Source: Struthio camelus
Lineage: Eukaryota
NCBI RefSeq assembly: GCF_040807025.1
Contig: NC_090970.1
Span: 837,359 to 901,358, forward strand
DNA length: 64,000 nt
Reading direction: 5' to 3'
The translations under genes were made by a program, and so were the position numbers. Positions 47,761 through 59,894 of the stretch are shown here, in pieces; position 1 is the stretch's first letter; the number at the start of each line of letters is the position of its first letter. The notes under the pieces were generated by a model that was not told the origin of the DNA, did not search any database, and was given only the letters and a program-made list of their open reading frames with translations.

Positions 47761-48130
47761 CCAGGACCAACCCCTCCCCCCAACATCCGCCCCTCCCGGG
47801 GATTAATTAACCCCTCGAGGGTTAATTAATTGGGGGGGGGAGGTGCACGGTAATTAACCCTGCTTCCGTCCTCAACGGTTAATTAGCAGCTTGTCACCCC
47901 GTAATTAACGGTCAGTTAATGGTTGGCCACCGGTTAATTAATGGTTAATTAACGGCGGGTTAATTAATGGTTAATTAACGGCGGCCGCCAGGGAACGGGC
48001 GGGTAACGATGACCAAATAGGTAATTAGCGCCGGGTTGCTAATTGCGCCCCTCCCCCGCCCCGTCCGCGGTTGATTTTTGGCACTTTTGTTTTATTTAAG
48101 GTTAATAAACGGCTTTAATTAAGTTAACGA
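47760..48130. repeat. AT-rich island with about 12 TTAATTAA / GGTTAATTAA motifs
   Basis: gattaattaaccc...ggttaattaatggttaattaacggcgggttaattaatggttaattaacgg. Similar islands at 50600-50810 and 43030-43200. Confidence 0.8.
48104..48109 (+). terminator. AATAAA on the plus strand inside an AT-rich TTAATTAA island (candidate PNP polyA signal, about 2.4 kb after the stop codon)
   Basis: ggttAATAAAcgg read directly. Lies between the PNP stop (45642) and the NDRG2 promoter. Confidence 0.3.
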
Positions 48131-49868
48131 AGCACCAATTTAATGGGAAAAGGGGCGGAGGGGGAGGTAGGGGGAGAGACGGGGCCCCTCCCCCACCCCC
48201 AGGGGGCCCAGGCGTCCGGGCACGGCCCCTCCCCCCAGTCTGGGGTATTTATAGCCTGGAGATGCCCCTGCCCCTCCCCCACCCTGGAGGGGCCCAGGCG
48301 TCCGGCTCGTGGGTGCCGGGGTGGGGGTGGGGGGGGCTGGTCGGGAACCCGGACGCCTGGGCCCCTTCCCGGACACCTGGGCCCCTCGCCGGACGCCTGG
48401 GACCTTCCCGGACGCCTGGGCCCCCTTGCCCGGACGCCTGGGCCCCTCACCCGGACGCCTGGGCCCCTTCCCCGGACACCTGGGTCCCTCCCCGGACGCC
48501 TGGGCCCCTCCCCGGACGCCTGGGCCCCCTCCCCGGACGCCTGGGCCCCTCCCGGACGCCTGGGCCCCTTCCCCGGACACCTGGGCCCCCTCCCCGGACA
48601 CCTGGGCCCCTCCCCAGACGCCTGGGCCCCTTCACCGGACGCCTGGGCCCCCTCCCCGGATGCCTGGGCCCCTCCCCCGGACACCTGGGCCCCTTCCCCG
48701 GACACCTGGGCCCCTTCCCCGGACGCCTGGGCCCCTTCCCTGAACGCCTGGGCCCCTCCCTGGACGCCTGGGCCCCTTCGCGGACACCTGGACCCCTGTC
48801 CCGGACGCCTGGGCCCCTCCCGGACGCCTGGGCCCCCTCCCCGGACACCTGGGCCCCTCCCCGGACACCTGGGCCCCCCCCGGACACCTGGGCCCCTCCC
48901 CGGACGCCTGGGCCCCTTCCCTGAACGCCGGGGCCCCTTCCCGGACACCTGGGCCCCTTCCCCGGACACCTGGGCCCCTCCCCTGGACGCCTGGGCCCCC
49001 TCCCCGGACGCCTGGGCCCCTTCCCCGGACACCTGGGCCCCTCCCCGGACGCCTGGGCCCCTTCCCCGGACACCTGGGCCCCTCCCCTGGACGCCTGGGC
49101 CCCCTTGCCCGGACGCCTGGGCCCCGCGCGGGCAGTGAAGCAGTTCTGGGCCGGCGGCGGCGCCCGGACGCCTGGGTCCCCCGGAGGCCCCGGGAGGGGG
49201 AGCGGGAGCACCCGGACGCCTGGGCCCCGTCCCAGAAAGAGGCGCTGCGGGGGGGGGGGAGACGCCTGGGGCTCCGAGCGGGGGAGGAAACCGGTTCCTC
49301 CGGGGACGCCTGGGCCCCCCCCTTCCCGGACGCCTGGGCCCCGCCCTGCGGGGGTGTCCCGGGTGGGGGAGGGGCGGGGATCCCCGGCGGCGGCCGGGGG
49401 GGGAGGGGCGGGGGGAGGGGCAGGGGTGGGGGAGGGGCCGCTCGCCGTCAAAGGCAAGTGAAGGTGGCCGGAGAACGGAGGTACCCGGACGCCTGGGCCC
49501 CTTCTCGGACGCCTGGGCCCCTTTTTAGGCCTAACCCGGACGCCTGGGTCCCTTGCGGGGCTTAGTCGACCGCTTTGGGCACCTGCCCCCCGGACGCCTG
49601 GGCCCCTCTCAGACGCCTGGGTCCCTGCCCGGACGCCTGGGCCCCTCCCGGACGCCTGGGTCCTTTTTGGGTGCCGCTGGGACGCCTGGGCCCCTTCCCA
49701 GATGCCTGGGTCCCTGCCCGGACGCCTGGGCCCTTCCCAGTCTCCTGGGACCCGGACGCCTGGGTCCTCCCCCCTCCTCGCCAGGGGAATTATGGGATAG
49801 CGGGGGTGTCGATGGTGGGGGGGGTCGGAGGTCACGACCTCTGACCCTTCCCCCCCCCCCCCAAGGCC

Positions 49869-49916
49869 ATGACGGAGCTGCGGGATGTCGGCGCCGCCCC
49901 CCCGGGGCCCCCCGAG
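49869..49916 (+). CDS. NDRG2: NDRG2 first coding exon (ATG 49869; donor GAG|GTGAGC)
   Basis: [16 protein letters not shown] matches the human N-terminus MAELQEVQITEEKP. Confidence 0.6.
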
Positions 49917-50856
49917 GTGAGCGCACCCCTCCCCCAGCCCCGGGGGCCCCGGTGTCCGGGGAGGGGGCCCAGGTGTCTGGGCGACGGGGGCCCAGGTGTC
50001 CGGGGAGGGGCCCAGGCGTCCGGGGAGGGGCCCAGGTGTCCGGGCGAGGGGGGCCCAGGTGTCTGGGAGAGGGGCCCAGGTGTCCGGGGAGGGGCCCAGG
50101 TGTCCGGGCGAGGGGGGCCCAGGTGTCCGGGGAGGGACCCAGGTGTCTGGGAGAGGGACCCAGGTGTCCGGGCGAGGGGGGCCTAGGCGTCCGGGGAGGG
50201 GCCTAGGCGTCCGGGCGAGGGGGGCCCAGGTGTCCGGGCGAGGGGGGCCCAGGCGTCCGGGCAAGGGGCCCAGGTGTCCGGGGAGGGGCCCAGGTGTCCG
50301 GGAAGGGGCCCAGGTGTCCGGGGAGGGGCCCAGGCGTCCGGGGAGGGGCCCAGGTGTCCGGGGAAGGGGCCCAGGTGTCCGGGCGAGGGGGGCCCAGGCG
50401 TCCGGGCAAGGGGCCCAGGTGTCCGGGGAGGGGCCCAGGTGTCCGGGGAAGGGGCCCAGGTGTCCGGGGGGGGGCCCAGGTGTCCAGGGAAGGGGCCCAG
50501 GTGTCCGGGCAAGGGACCCAGGTGTCCAGGAAGGGGCCCAGGCGTCCAGAGAGGCCCCTCAGAGCCTTCCTGGGGCGGGGGGGGGGGTTAAGGAGAAGTA
50601 ATTGGAGGGGAGGGCTGTATTAAGGGTTAATTAATACTTAATTAAGGGTTAATTAAAGGTTTATTAATGGTTAATTAACGGTTAATTACGTCTGCAGTCG
50701 GGAGGGTAATCGAGGCGACGAGGGGGCGATTTTGGGGGGGTATTTGGGGAGGGTGATTAATCACGGGGGGGTGATTAATTGCAGGGGGGGTCAATTAAGG
50801 GTTAATTGGGGGGGGGGGACATGGAGGACGGTTCATGACGGGTGTCCCCCCCGCAG

Positions 50857-50965
50857 GTCCGGGCCCAGCTGGAGACGCCGTACGGGGCCGTCAGCGTCGC
50901 CGCCGTGGGGAGCCCCCGGCCCGGGCGCCCGGCGCTGCTGGGCTGGCCCGACGTGGGGCACACGC
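50857..50965 (+). CDS. NDRG2: NDRG2 exon
   Basis: Acceptor ccccccgcag. [36 protein letters not shown] matches human [34 protein letters not shown]. Donor c|GTGAGT. Confidence 0.8.
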
Positions 50966-50989
50966 GTGAGTGCCGGACGCCTGGGCCCC

Positions 50990-51900
50990 CGTCTCCCCCG
51001 GACGCCTGGGCCCCTTCCTCCATTGGGTGGACCCTTCCCCGGACGCCTGGGCCCTTCCCCGGACACCTGGGCCCCTGCCCCGGACGCCTGGGCCCCTTCC
51101 TCCATTGCATGGACTCTTCTCCGGACGCCTGGGCCCCCTTCCCCGGACACCTGGGCCCCTGCCCCGGACGCCTGGGCCCCTTCCTCCGTTGCATGGACTC
51201 TTCTCCGGACGCCTGGGCCCCTTCCCCGGACGCCTTGGCCCCTTCCTCCACTGGGTGTACCCTTCCCCGGACGCCTGGGCCCCCTCCCCGGACGCCTGGG
51301 CCCCCTCCCCGGACACCTGGCCCCCTTCCCCAGACACCTGGCCCCCTTCCCCGGATGCCTGGGCCCCCTTCCCCGGACGCCTGGGCCCCTTTCCCTGGAC
51401 GCCTGGGCCCCTTCTTCCATTGCGTGGACCCTTTCCCGGACGCCTGGGCCCCTTCCCCGGATGCCTGGGCCCCTTCCTCCACTGGGTGTACCCTTCCCCG
51501 GACGCCTGGGCCCTTTCCCTGGACGCCTGGGCCCCTTCCCCGGATGCCTGGGCCCTTCCTCCGTTGCATGGACTCTTCTCCGGACGCCTGGGCCCCCATC
51601 TCGCCCGGACGCCTTGGCCCCTTCCTCCATTGGGTGGACCCTTCCCCGGATGCCTGGGCCCCTTTCCCGGACGCCTGGGCCCCTTCTTCCATTGCGTGGA
51701 CCCTTTCCCGGACGCCTGGGCCCCTTCCTCCATTGCGTGGACCCTTTCCCAGATGCCTGGGCCCCCTTCCCCGGACGCCTGGGCCCTTCCCGTGTTGCAT
51801 GGGCCCCCTTCCCCGGACGCCTGGGCCCTTCCCCCATTGGGTGGACCCTTCCCTGGATGCCTGGGCCCCTTCCTCCATTGGGTGGACCCCTCCCCGGACG
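50990..51900. repeat. About 60-bp repeat (GGACGCCTGGGCCCCTTCCTCCATTGGGTGGACCCTTCCCC)n in an NDRG2 intron
   Basis: Read directly. Confidence 0.85.
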
Positions 51901-51934
51901 CCTGGGCCCCTCTCCCCCTCTTCCCCCCCCCCAG

Positions 51935-52055
51935 ACGAGTCGTGCTTCGCGCCGCTCTTGGCCCACGAGGAGATGCAGGAGATCGTCAAGAGCTTCCTGG
52001 TGGTGCACGTGGACCCGCCCGGCATGGAGGACGGGGCTCCCCCCTACCCGTCGGG
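51935..52055 (+). CDS. NDRG2: NDRG2 exon
   Basis: (H)[39 protein letters not shown](G) matches human [41 protein letters not shown]. Donor gg|GTCAGG. Confidence 0.88.
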
Positions 52056-52129
52056 GTCAGGCTCCGCCCCCGCCACCCCCTGCCCCCCCGGCCTCCCCAC
52101 TCCCCCCTTCCTGCCTTTCTGCCCCCCTT

Positions 52130-53400
52130 GACCCCCCCAACGATGCCGTTGACCCCCTGTTGGCTCCTGTGGAGACCACTGACCCCCTCCTCACCCCCCG
52201 TTGACCTCTGTTGACCCCCATTGACCCCCAATGGTGCCACTGACCCCCGCCTTGACCCCTGTTGGCCTCCGATGATGCTGTTGACTCCCCCGAACCCCCC
52301 CATTGACTCCCCCCCCGTTGACCCCCATTGACCCCCAATGGTGCCATTGACACCCCCCATTGACCCCCATTGACCTCCAATGATGCCACTGACCCCCTGT
52401 TTCCCCCGTTGACCCCTAATGATGCCCTTGACCCCTGTTGGCCCCCAGTGATGCCATTGACCCCCCCCGTTGACCCCCCCTGCTGACCCCCACTGACCCC
52501 TGTCGGTCCCCAATGATGCCGTTGACCCTCACTGACCCCCAGTGATGCCATTGACCCCTTCAGTTGACCCCTTGACCTCCTATTGACCCCCCCTTTGACC
52601 CTCCATGCCGCTCCTTGACCCTCCCATTGGCCCCATTGACCCCCCATGCCCCTCCTTGACCCTATTGACCCTCCCATTGGCCCCATTGACCCCCATGCCC
52701 CTCCTTGACCCCCATGCCCCTCCTTGACCCCCATTGACCCCCCGCTGACCCCCATGCCTGTCCTTGACCCCTATTGACCTCCCATTGGCCTCATTGACCC
52801 CCCATGCCCCTCCTTGACTCCTGTTGACCGCCACATTGGCCCCCATGCCCTGACTCCCATGCCCTGCTTTGACCCCATTGACCACCATACCTCTCCTTGA
52901 CCCCGTTGACCCCCTCATGGGCCCTGTTGACCCCCTTACCCCTCCTTGACCCCCATGTCCCTCCTTGGCCTCCATTGACCCCCTATTGGCCCCATTGACT
53001 CCCATGCCCCTCCTTGACCCCTGTTGACCTCACATTGGCCTCCTTGACCCCCCTATGTCCCTCCTTGACCCCATTGACCTCCCATTGGCCCCTTTGATCC
53101 CCATGCCCCCATTGATCCCTATGTCCCTCCTTGACTCCGTTGACCTCCCATTGACCCCCATGTCCCTCCTTGACCCCTATTGATCTCCCATTGGCCCCAT
53201 TGACCCCCATGCCCCTCCTTGACCCCTATTGACCTCCCATTGGCCTCATTGACCCCCCCCATGCCCCTCCTTGACCCTGTAGGCCCCCCAGTGCCCCTTC
53301 TTGACCCCGTTGACCCCTATGTCCCTCCTTGACCTCCCATTGGCCTCGCTGACCCCCCATGCCCCTCCTTGACCCCATTGACCGCCCCAGTGTCCCTCCT
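52130..53400. repeat. CCCATTGACCCCCATGCCCCTCCTTGACC tandem repeats in an NDRG2 intron
   Basis: Read directly. Confidence 0.85.
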
Positions 53401-53432
53401 TGACCCCAACGACCCCCTTGACCCCCCCCCAG

Positions 53433-53495
53433 GTACCAGTACCCCTCCCTGGAGCAACTGGCCGAAACCATCCCCTGCATCCTTGAGCACTTCAA
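53433..53495 (+). CDS. NDRG2: NDRG2 exon
   Basis: (G)[20 protein letters not shown](N) matches human [21 protein letters not shown]. Donor aa|GTGAGT. Confidence 0.9.
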
Positions 53496-53632
53496 GTGAG
53501 TTGGGGGTCAGGGGAGGGGGGTCGGGGGGGCCCCATAGGGGGCCAGAGGGAGGTGGGGGGGAGGGGTCAGGGCCCGGCTGACCTGTCCCGCGTGTCGTGT
53601 CCGTCCCCCCCCCCCGCCCCCCAAAACCGCAG

Positions 53633-53693
53633 CATCCGCACCATCATCGGCATCGGGGTGGGAGCCGGCGCCTTCATCCTGGCAAAATTCGGG
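53633..53693 (+). CDS. NDRG2: NDRG2 exon
   Basis: [20 protein letters not shown] matches human FSTIIGVGVGAGAYILARYA. Donor ggg|GTGAGT. Confidence 0.9.
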
Positions 53694-53804
53694 GTGAGTG
53701 GGGGCCGCGGGGGGTTGGGGGGGGTCCTTGAGGGTCAGACCACCCCCACCCAGGACCCCTCCCTTGACATGATCTCCCCTTTCCCCCTTTCCCCTCCCCC
53801 AAAG

Positions 53805-53891
53805 ATGACGCACCCCGAGGCCGTGGAGGGGCTGGTGCTCATCAACATCGACCCCCACGCCAAGGGCTGGATGGACTGGGCCGCCCACAAG
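53805..53891 (+). CDS. NDRG2: NDRG2 exon
   Basis: [29 protein letters not shown] matches human [28 protein letters not shown]. Donor aag|GTGGGG. Confidence 0.92.
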
Positions 53892-53999
53892 GTGGGGCGG
53901 GGCCTGTGGGGGGCGGGGAATATGGGGGCGGGGCTGTGGCGAGGTGGGGGGGCGATGGGGAGGGCCTATGGGGTCTCCCTGTGTCCCCCACCCCGGGCC

Positions 54000-55300
54000 T
54001 TATGGGGGGTGGGGGCTATGTCCGCTATGGGACCCATGTAGGACCTTGTGCTGTATGGGTCTCCTATGGGTCCCTGTGGGTCTCCTGTGGGTCTCTGTGT
54101 CCCTGTGGGTCCCCATGTCCCTCTGGGTCTCCTATGGGTCCCCTGTGGGTCCCCGGGTCCTTGTGGGTCCCCTGTGGGTCCCCATGTCCCTCTGGGTCTC
54201 CTCTGGGTCTTCTATGGGTCCCTGTGTCCCTGTGTGTCCCCTAAGGGTCCTCATGTCTCTCTGGGTCCCCTGTGGGTCCCCGTGTCCCTGTGGGTCTCCT
54301 ATGGGTCCCCATGGGTCCTTGTGTCCCTGTGGGTTCCCTGTGGGTCCCCATATCCCTCTGGGTCCCCTATGGGTCTCTGTGTCCCTGTGGGTCCCCTATG
54401 GGTCCCCATGTCCCTCTGGGTTTCCTATGGGTCCCCTGTGGGTCCCCGTGTCCCTGTGGGTCCCCTAAGGGTCCGCATGTCTCTGTGGGTCTCCTATGGG
54501 TCTTCTATGGGTCCCTGTGGGTCCCCATGTCCCTCTGGGTCTCCTATGGGTCTCCTCTGGATCCCCGTGTCCCTCTGGGTCCCCTGTGGGTCCCCATGTC
54601 CTTCTGGATCCCCTGTGGGGCTCCTCTAGATCCCCTCTGGGTCCTGATGTCCCTATGGGTCTTCATTTCCTTCTGGTTCCCCAGCGGGTCCCCGTGTCCC
54701 TGTGGGTCCCCTAACGGTCACTTATTGGTCCCCGTATCCCTCTGGGTCTCTTAGGGGGTTCCCTATGGGTCTATGTGTCCTTATGGGTTGCCTATGGGTC
54801 CCCATACTCCTACGGTCCCCTGTGGGTCCCCGTGTCCCTATGGGTCTTCCATGGGTGACCTCTGGGTCCCTTTGTCCCTATGGGTCTCCTATGGATGCTA
54901 GTGGGTCCCCAGTGGGTCCCCATGTCCCTATGTGTCCCCAGTGGTTCCCCATGTTTCTATGGGCCCCCAATGGGTCCCTGTGTCCCTAGGGATCTCCCAT
55001 GGGTTCCCAATGGATCCTCATGTCCCTATGGGTCTCTGTGTCCCCAGGGATCTCCCATGGGTCCTCCAATGGGTCCCCATGTCCCTATAGGTCCCCATGT
55101 CCCTAGGGATCTCCCATGGGTCCCCTAATGGGTCCCCACGTCCCTATGGGTCACCTACAAGTATTATTGTCTGTATGGGTCCCGTCTGGATCCCCTTGTC
55201 TCTATGGGTGCCCTGTGGGTCCCCAGATCCTTATGGGGCCCTACGGACCTCCTCCGTGGGTCTCCCATGGGTGCCCCAGGCTGAGGTGTCCCTGCGTCTC
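54000..55300. repeat. GGGTCCCCATGTCCCTATGGGTCTCCTATGGGTCCCTGTGGGTC tandem repeats in an NDRG2 intron
   Basis: Read directly. Confidence 0.85.
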
Positions 55301-55318
55301 CCCCCGCCCCAACTCTAG

Positions 55319-55375
55319 CTCTCAGGGCTGACGTCCTCCTCCACCGAGATGATCCTGGCCCACCTCTTCAGCCAG
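55319..55375 (+). CDS. NDRG2: NDRG2 exon
   Basis: [19 protein letters not shown] matches human LTGLTSSIPEMILGHLFSQ. Acceptor aactctag, donor cag|GTGGGG. Alternative acceptor 3 codons downstream. Confidence 0.82.
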
Positions 55376-55379
55376 GTGG

Positions 55380-57335
55380 GGCCGTTGCGGGGAGGGCGGT
55401 ATTTTGGGTGTATTTTGGGTTATTGTGGGTTTTTTTGGTGGATATTTTGGCTTTGGGGGGGGATATTTGGGGTGTATTTGGGTGTATTTAGGGTGACATC
55501 CCTGGAGGAGGAGCTCATGGTCACCATGTCCCAGGGAGGTATTTTGGGGTAACGGGGGCATTTGGGGGGGGTATTTGGGGTTATCGGGCAATTTGGGTGT
55601 AACAGGTTGTTTTTGGGGAGGTATTTAGGGGGTATTTGGGGTCTTGAAGCTGACATGTCCATGGAAGGACCTGGTGGCCACCATGCCCTGGAGAGGGGGT
55701 TGGGGGTGGTATTTGCAGGTATCAGGTTGTAATTAGGGTATTTTGGGGGTATCTGGGGGTATTGGGGGGTATTTAGGGTGTATTTGGGGGTAATGTGGGG
55801 GTTGCAAGGCTGTTTAGGGGTTATTTGGGGGCTTGTTGTGGTATTTTGGGGTATTTTGGGTGTCGGGAGTGTCTGGGTCCCATCCCTGCTCGGGGCCACC
55901 CTGTCCGGGGGTGGGGGGGGCATTTGGGGCAATATTGGGGCATTTTGGCATTTTTCTGGGGATTTCGTGGGGTATTTTGAGGGTGTTTTGGGTGTATCAG
56001 GGTGTTTTGGGGGCATTTAGGGGGTATTTTGGGGTATTCGGGTGCTGTCCCCACAGGAGGACCTGGTCACTGTGACCTCGGGGGCATTTTGGGGGTATTT
56101 TGGGTGTATTTGTGCATGTTGAGGTATGTTTTGGGGGTATTGATGGGGGTATGGTGGTATCTGGCTACCATCCCAACAAGAAGACCTGGTGGCCACCATA
56201 TCCAGAGAGGTATTTTGGGGGCAGTTGGGGCATTTTGGGTGTATTTGTGCACGTTTGGGTATGTTTTGGGTGTATTTATGGATGTTTTGAGGGTGTTGTG
56301 AGGGGTATTTTGGTGTATGGGGGGGTATCTGGGTGTTGTCACTGCAGGAGGACCTCATGGCCACCAGGTCCTGGGGGGTACCTGGGGGTTGTTGGGGCAT
56401 TTTTAGGGTATATTTTGGGGTATTTGAGGTGTATTTGTGCATGTTTAGATGTATTTTGGGTGAATTTGTAAGTATTTTGGGGGTGTTATGAGGGATAGGG
56501 GGGTATCTGGGTGGCGCCCTGCAGGAGGACCTCATGGCCACCATGGCCTGGAAACTATTTTGGGGGTATTTTCTGTGTATTTGGGCATATGTTGGGGGTA
56601 TATTTGGGGTATTTTTGAGTACTGTGGGGGTATCCGGGGGTGTTTTGGGGGTATTTGGGGGTATTTTGGGTATCCAGGCACTGTCCCTGTAGCAGGACCT
56701 CTTGGCCACCATGTCCTGGGGGTTATTTTGGGGATATTTTGCTGTTTTGGGTCTATTTTGGTGTCATTTTGGGGTATTTTGGGGGTATTGCAGGGGTATC
56801 TGGGGCAATTTTGGGGGTAATCGGGGGGATTTGGGGTATCCAGGCGCCATCCCCCGCAGGAGGACCTCATGGCCACCACATCTAGCGGGGCATTTTGAGG
56901 GTATTTTGCTATTTTGGTGTCATTTTGGGGTATTTGGGGGCTATTGCAGGAGTATCTAGGGGGAATTTTGGGGTTAACTGGGGGGATTTGGGGTATCCGG
57001 GTGTTGTCTCTGGAGGAGGACCTCATGGCCACCACATCCTGGGAGCTATTTGGAGGGTATTTTGGGTATGTTTGGGGTATATTGGAGGTACATTTTTGGC
57101 ATTTGTGGGTATTGCGGGGGTATTTGAGGATATTTTGGGGGAAATCAGGGGGCTTTAGGGTGTGTGGGCGCCGTCCCCGCGGGAGGACCTCATGGTCACC
57201 ATGTCCTGGGGGTGGCGTGGGGTATTTTGGGGGTGTTTTTGTGTAATTTGATGTAATTTTTTGGTATTTTGGGGCATTGCGGGGGTATCCGGGGGTATTT
57301 TTGGGGGGGATTTGGGGTATCCGGGCACCGTCCCC
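55380..57335. repeat. About 165-bp tandem repeat of about 11 copies, each containing a decayed copy of the downstream exon's acceptor + first codons (CAGGAGGACCTCATGGCCACCA)
   Basis: Copies at about 55500, 55655, 56050, 56180, 56345, 56520, 56690, 56850, 57010 and 57175. The real exon is at 57340. Confidence 0.8.
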
Positions 57336-57339
57336 ACAG

Positions 57340-57434
57340 GAGGAGCTCGCGGCCAACTCGGCCCTGGTGCAGCAGCGGCGCCGGGCCCTGGCGGCGGCCC
57401 CCAACACCCCCCTCTACTGGGCCATGTACAACAG
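57340..57434 (+). CDS. NDRG2: NDRG2 exon
   Basis: [31 protein letters not shown] matches human [35 protein letters not shown]. Acceptor tccccacag, donor ag|GTGGGG. Confidence 0.85.
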
Positions 57435-57439
57435 GTGGG

Positions 57440-59290
57440 GCGATGGGGGCCGATGGGGGGGTGACCGGGGCTACTGGAAGGGAAAATAGGCCAATGGGGG
57501 ACCACTGGGGTGATGGGGGGGTGACTGGGCCAAAGGGGGGGTCAACGGGGGCAACTGGGGCAGACTAGGGGGCAATTGGGGTGCTGGAGGGGCAACTGGG
57601 CCAATGGGAGGGTCAACAGGGGCTACTGGGGGGATCAATGAGGGGGCAACTGGGGTGACAGGGGTCAATGGGGGCAACTGGGGAGCAATTGAGGTGATGA
57701 GACAACTGGGTCAGTGAGGGGGTCAACGGGGGCTACTGGGATGGCTAGGGAGCTACTGGGGGGCAACTGGGGCAGACTAGGGGGCCATTGGGCTGCCAGA
57801 GGGGCAACTGGGCCAATGGGAGGGTCAACGGGGGCTAATGGGGGTGTAAATAGGTCAATGAGGGGGCAACTGGGGTGACGGGGGTCAATGGGGGCAATTG
57901 GGGGGCAACTGAGGTGACGAGGCAAGTGGGTCAGTGAGGGGGTCAACGGGGGCTACTGGGGGGGGTAAATAGGCCAATGGAGGGCAACTGGGGAGATGCA
58001 GGGGCAACTGGGGTGGTGATGGGGCAATGGGGCTAATGGAGTGTCAATAGGGGTGAATGGGGGGGCTACTGGGGTGGTGGGCAATCAACGGGGCCAGTGG
58101 GGGGGTCAATGGGGACAACTGGGGTGACTGGGGGGCAACTGGGGAGATGGGGGGGCAACTAGGCCAACGGGGGTCAACAGGGGTCAATGGGGGCAACTGG
58201 GGGGGCAACTGGGGTGGTGGTGGGACCACTGAGCCAACGGGGGGCAACTGGGCCAACTGGGGGAGGTCAATGGGTCCAACGGGGAGCCAATGGGGGGGCA
58301 GTTGGGCCAACTGGGGCCAGCTAGGTCAATGGGGGGGAAACTGGGTCAATGGGGGTGTCAATGGGGCCAACGGGGGGGGCAACTGGACCTACGGGGAGGT
58401 CAGTGGGGGGTAAATGGGGGACCAATGGGTCAGCAGGGGGGGGCAACTGGGCTAATGGGGGGGTCAGTGGGGTCAAGTGGGCAGAACTAGGCCAATGGGG
58501 GGGGTCAATAGGGCCAACGGGGGGGCAACTGGGCCAACGGGGTCAGTGGGGTCAACGGGTGGGCAATTGGGCCGACAGGGGGGGGCCAATGGGGTCAACT
58601 GGGTCAGCAGGAGGTCAATGGGGCCAATGGGGGGACAACTGGGCCAACAGGGGGGTCATTCAGGTCAACTGGGGGTCAACTGTGCCAAGGGGGGGATCAA
58701 CAGGGCCAATGGGGGGGTCAGTAGAGTCAATGGGGGGGTCAATGGGGGTCAACTGGGCCAAGGGTGGGATCAGCAGGGGGTCAGTGGGGTCAACAGGGGG
58801 TCAAGGGGTCAACTGGGCCAATAGGGGGTCAATGGGGCCAGCAGGGGGGCAACTGGGCCAACGAGGGGGCCATTCAGGTCAATTGGGGGTCAACTGAGCC
58901 AATGGGGGGGATCAATGGGACCAACAGGGGGTCAGTAGGGTCAACGGGGGGGTCAATGGGGGTCAACTGGGCCAATAGGGGGTCAAAGGGGCCAGTGGGG
59001 GGCAACTGGGTGGATGGGGGGGGCCATTCAGGTCAACTGGGGGTCAACTGGGCCAATAGGGGGGGGTCAACGGGACCAACGGGGGGGTCAGTAGGGTCAA
59101 CAGAGGGGTCAATGGGGTCAACAGGGCCAATAGGGGGTCAACGGGACCAACGGGGCGACAATGGGGGGTCAACTGGGCCAGCAGGAGGTCAATGGGGCCA
59201 AGGGGGGGGTCAACGGGGTCAAGTGGGGTCAAGGGGGGTCAACGGGGTCAAGTGGGGTCAAGGGGGGGTCAACGGGGTCAAGGGGGACCA
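57440..59290. repeat. About 30-bp repeat (GGGGCAACTGGGCCAATGGGGGTCAACGGG)n in an NDRG2 intron
   Basis: Read directly. Confidence 0.85.
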
Positions 59291-59322
59291 GAGCGACCCC
59301 CCCCCCCCGACCCCCCCAACAG

Positions 59323-59367
59323 CCGCCGGGACCTGGGCCTGGAGCGCAGCGGCGACGGCCCCCTCAA
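59323..59367 (+). CDS. NDRG2: NDRG2 exon
   Basis: (S)[14 protein letters not shown](K) matches human RRDLNFERGGDITLR. Donor aa|GTGAGC. Confidence 0.82.
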
Positions 59368-59608
59368 GTGAGCGACCCCTGACCCCCCCCCGCGTGACCC
59401 CTGACCCCTGCATGACCCCCCCATGCGACCCCTGACCATCCCCCGCATGATGACCCCCATCCCCCCACCGCGACCCTTGACCTCCCCAGCCACCCCCATC
59501 TCCCACGTGACTCCACACCAACCCCCCCACACCGTGACCCTTGACCCTGGGGGGGTCAGAGGTCACCCACGCGTGACTCCGCCTCCCCCCCCCCCCAAAA
59601 AAAACCAG

Positions 59609-59660
59609 GTGCCCGGTGCTGCTGGTGGTGGGCGACAGCTCCCCCCATGAGGACGCCGTG
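59609..59660 (+). CDS. NDRG2: NDRG2 exon
   Basis: (K)[17 protein letters not shown] matches human CPVMLVVGDQAPHEDAV. Donor gtg|GTGAGT. Confidence 0.9.
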
Positions 59661-59765
59661 GTGAGTGGGGGGGGCGGAGCTCAGGCGAGGGGGCGGGGCC
59701 GTGACGCAGGGGGGGCGTGGCCACGGCCGCCAAGCCCCGCCCCCCTCCTCCCGCTCCCCCTCTAG

Positions 59766-59813
59766 GTGGAATGCAACGCCCGGCTGGACCCCACCCAGAC
59801 CTCCTTCCTCAAG
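59766..59813 (+). CDS. NDRG2: NDRG2 exon
   Basis: [16 protein letters not shown] matches human [16 protein letters not shown]. Acceptor ctctag, donor aag|GTAGCC. Confidence 0.92.
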
Positions 59814-59894
59814 GTAGCCCCGCCCCCTTTCCCCCCCCAGCGTGGCCACGCCCCCTTCCCCACGCGTGGCCACGCCCCCTTTTCCTCCCCGCAG

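Noticed and set aside
57340-57434. Alternative upstream acceptors for the NDRG2 EELAANS... exon within the 165-bp repeat
   Set aside because: Upstream copies carry substitutions (ATGGCCACC instead of GCGGCCAAC) that destroy the conserved EELxxNS reading frame. Only the copy at 57340 yields an NDRG-like peptide in phase.
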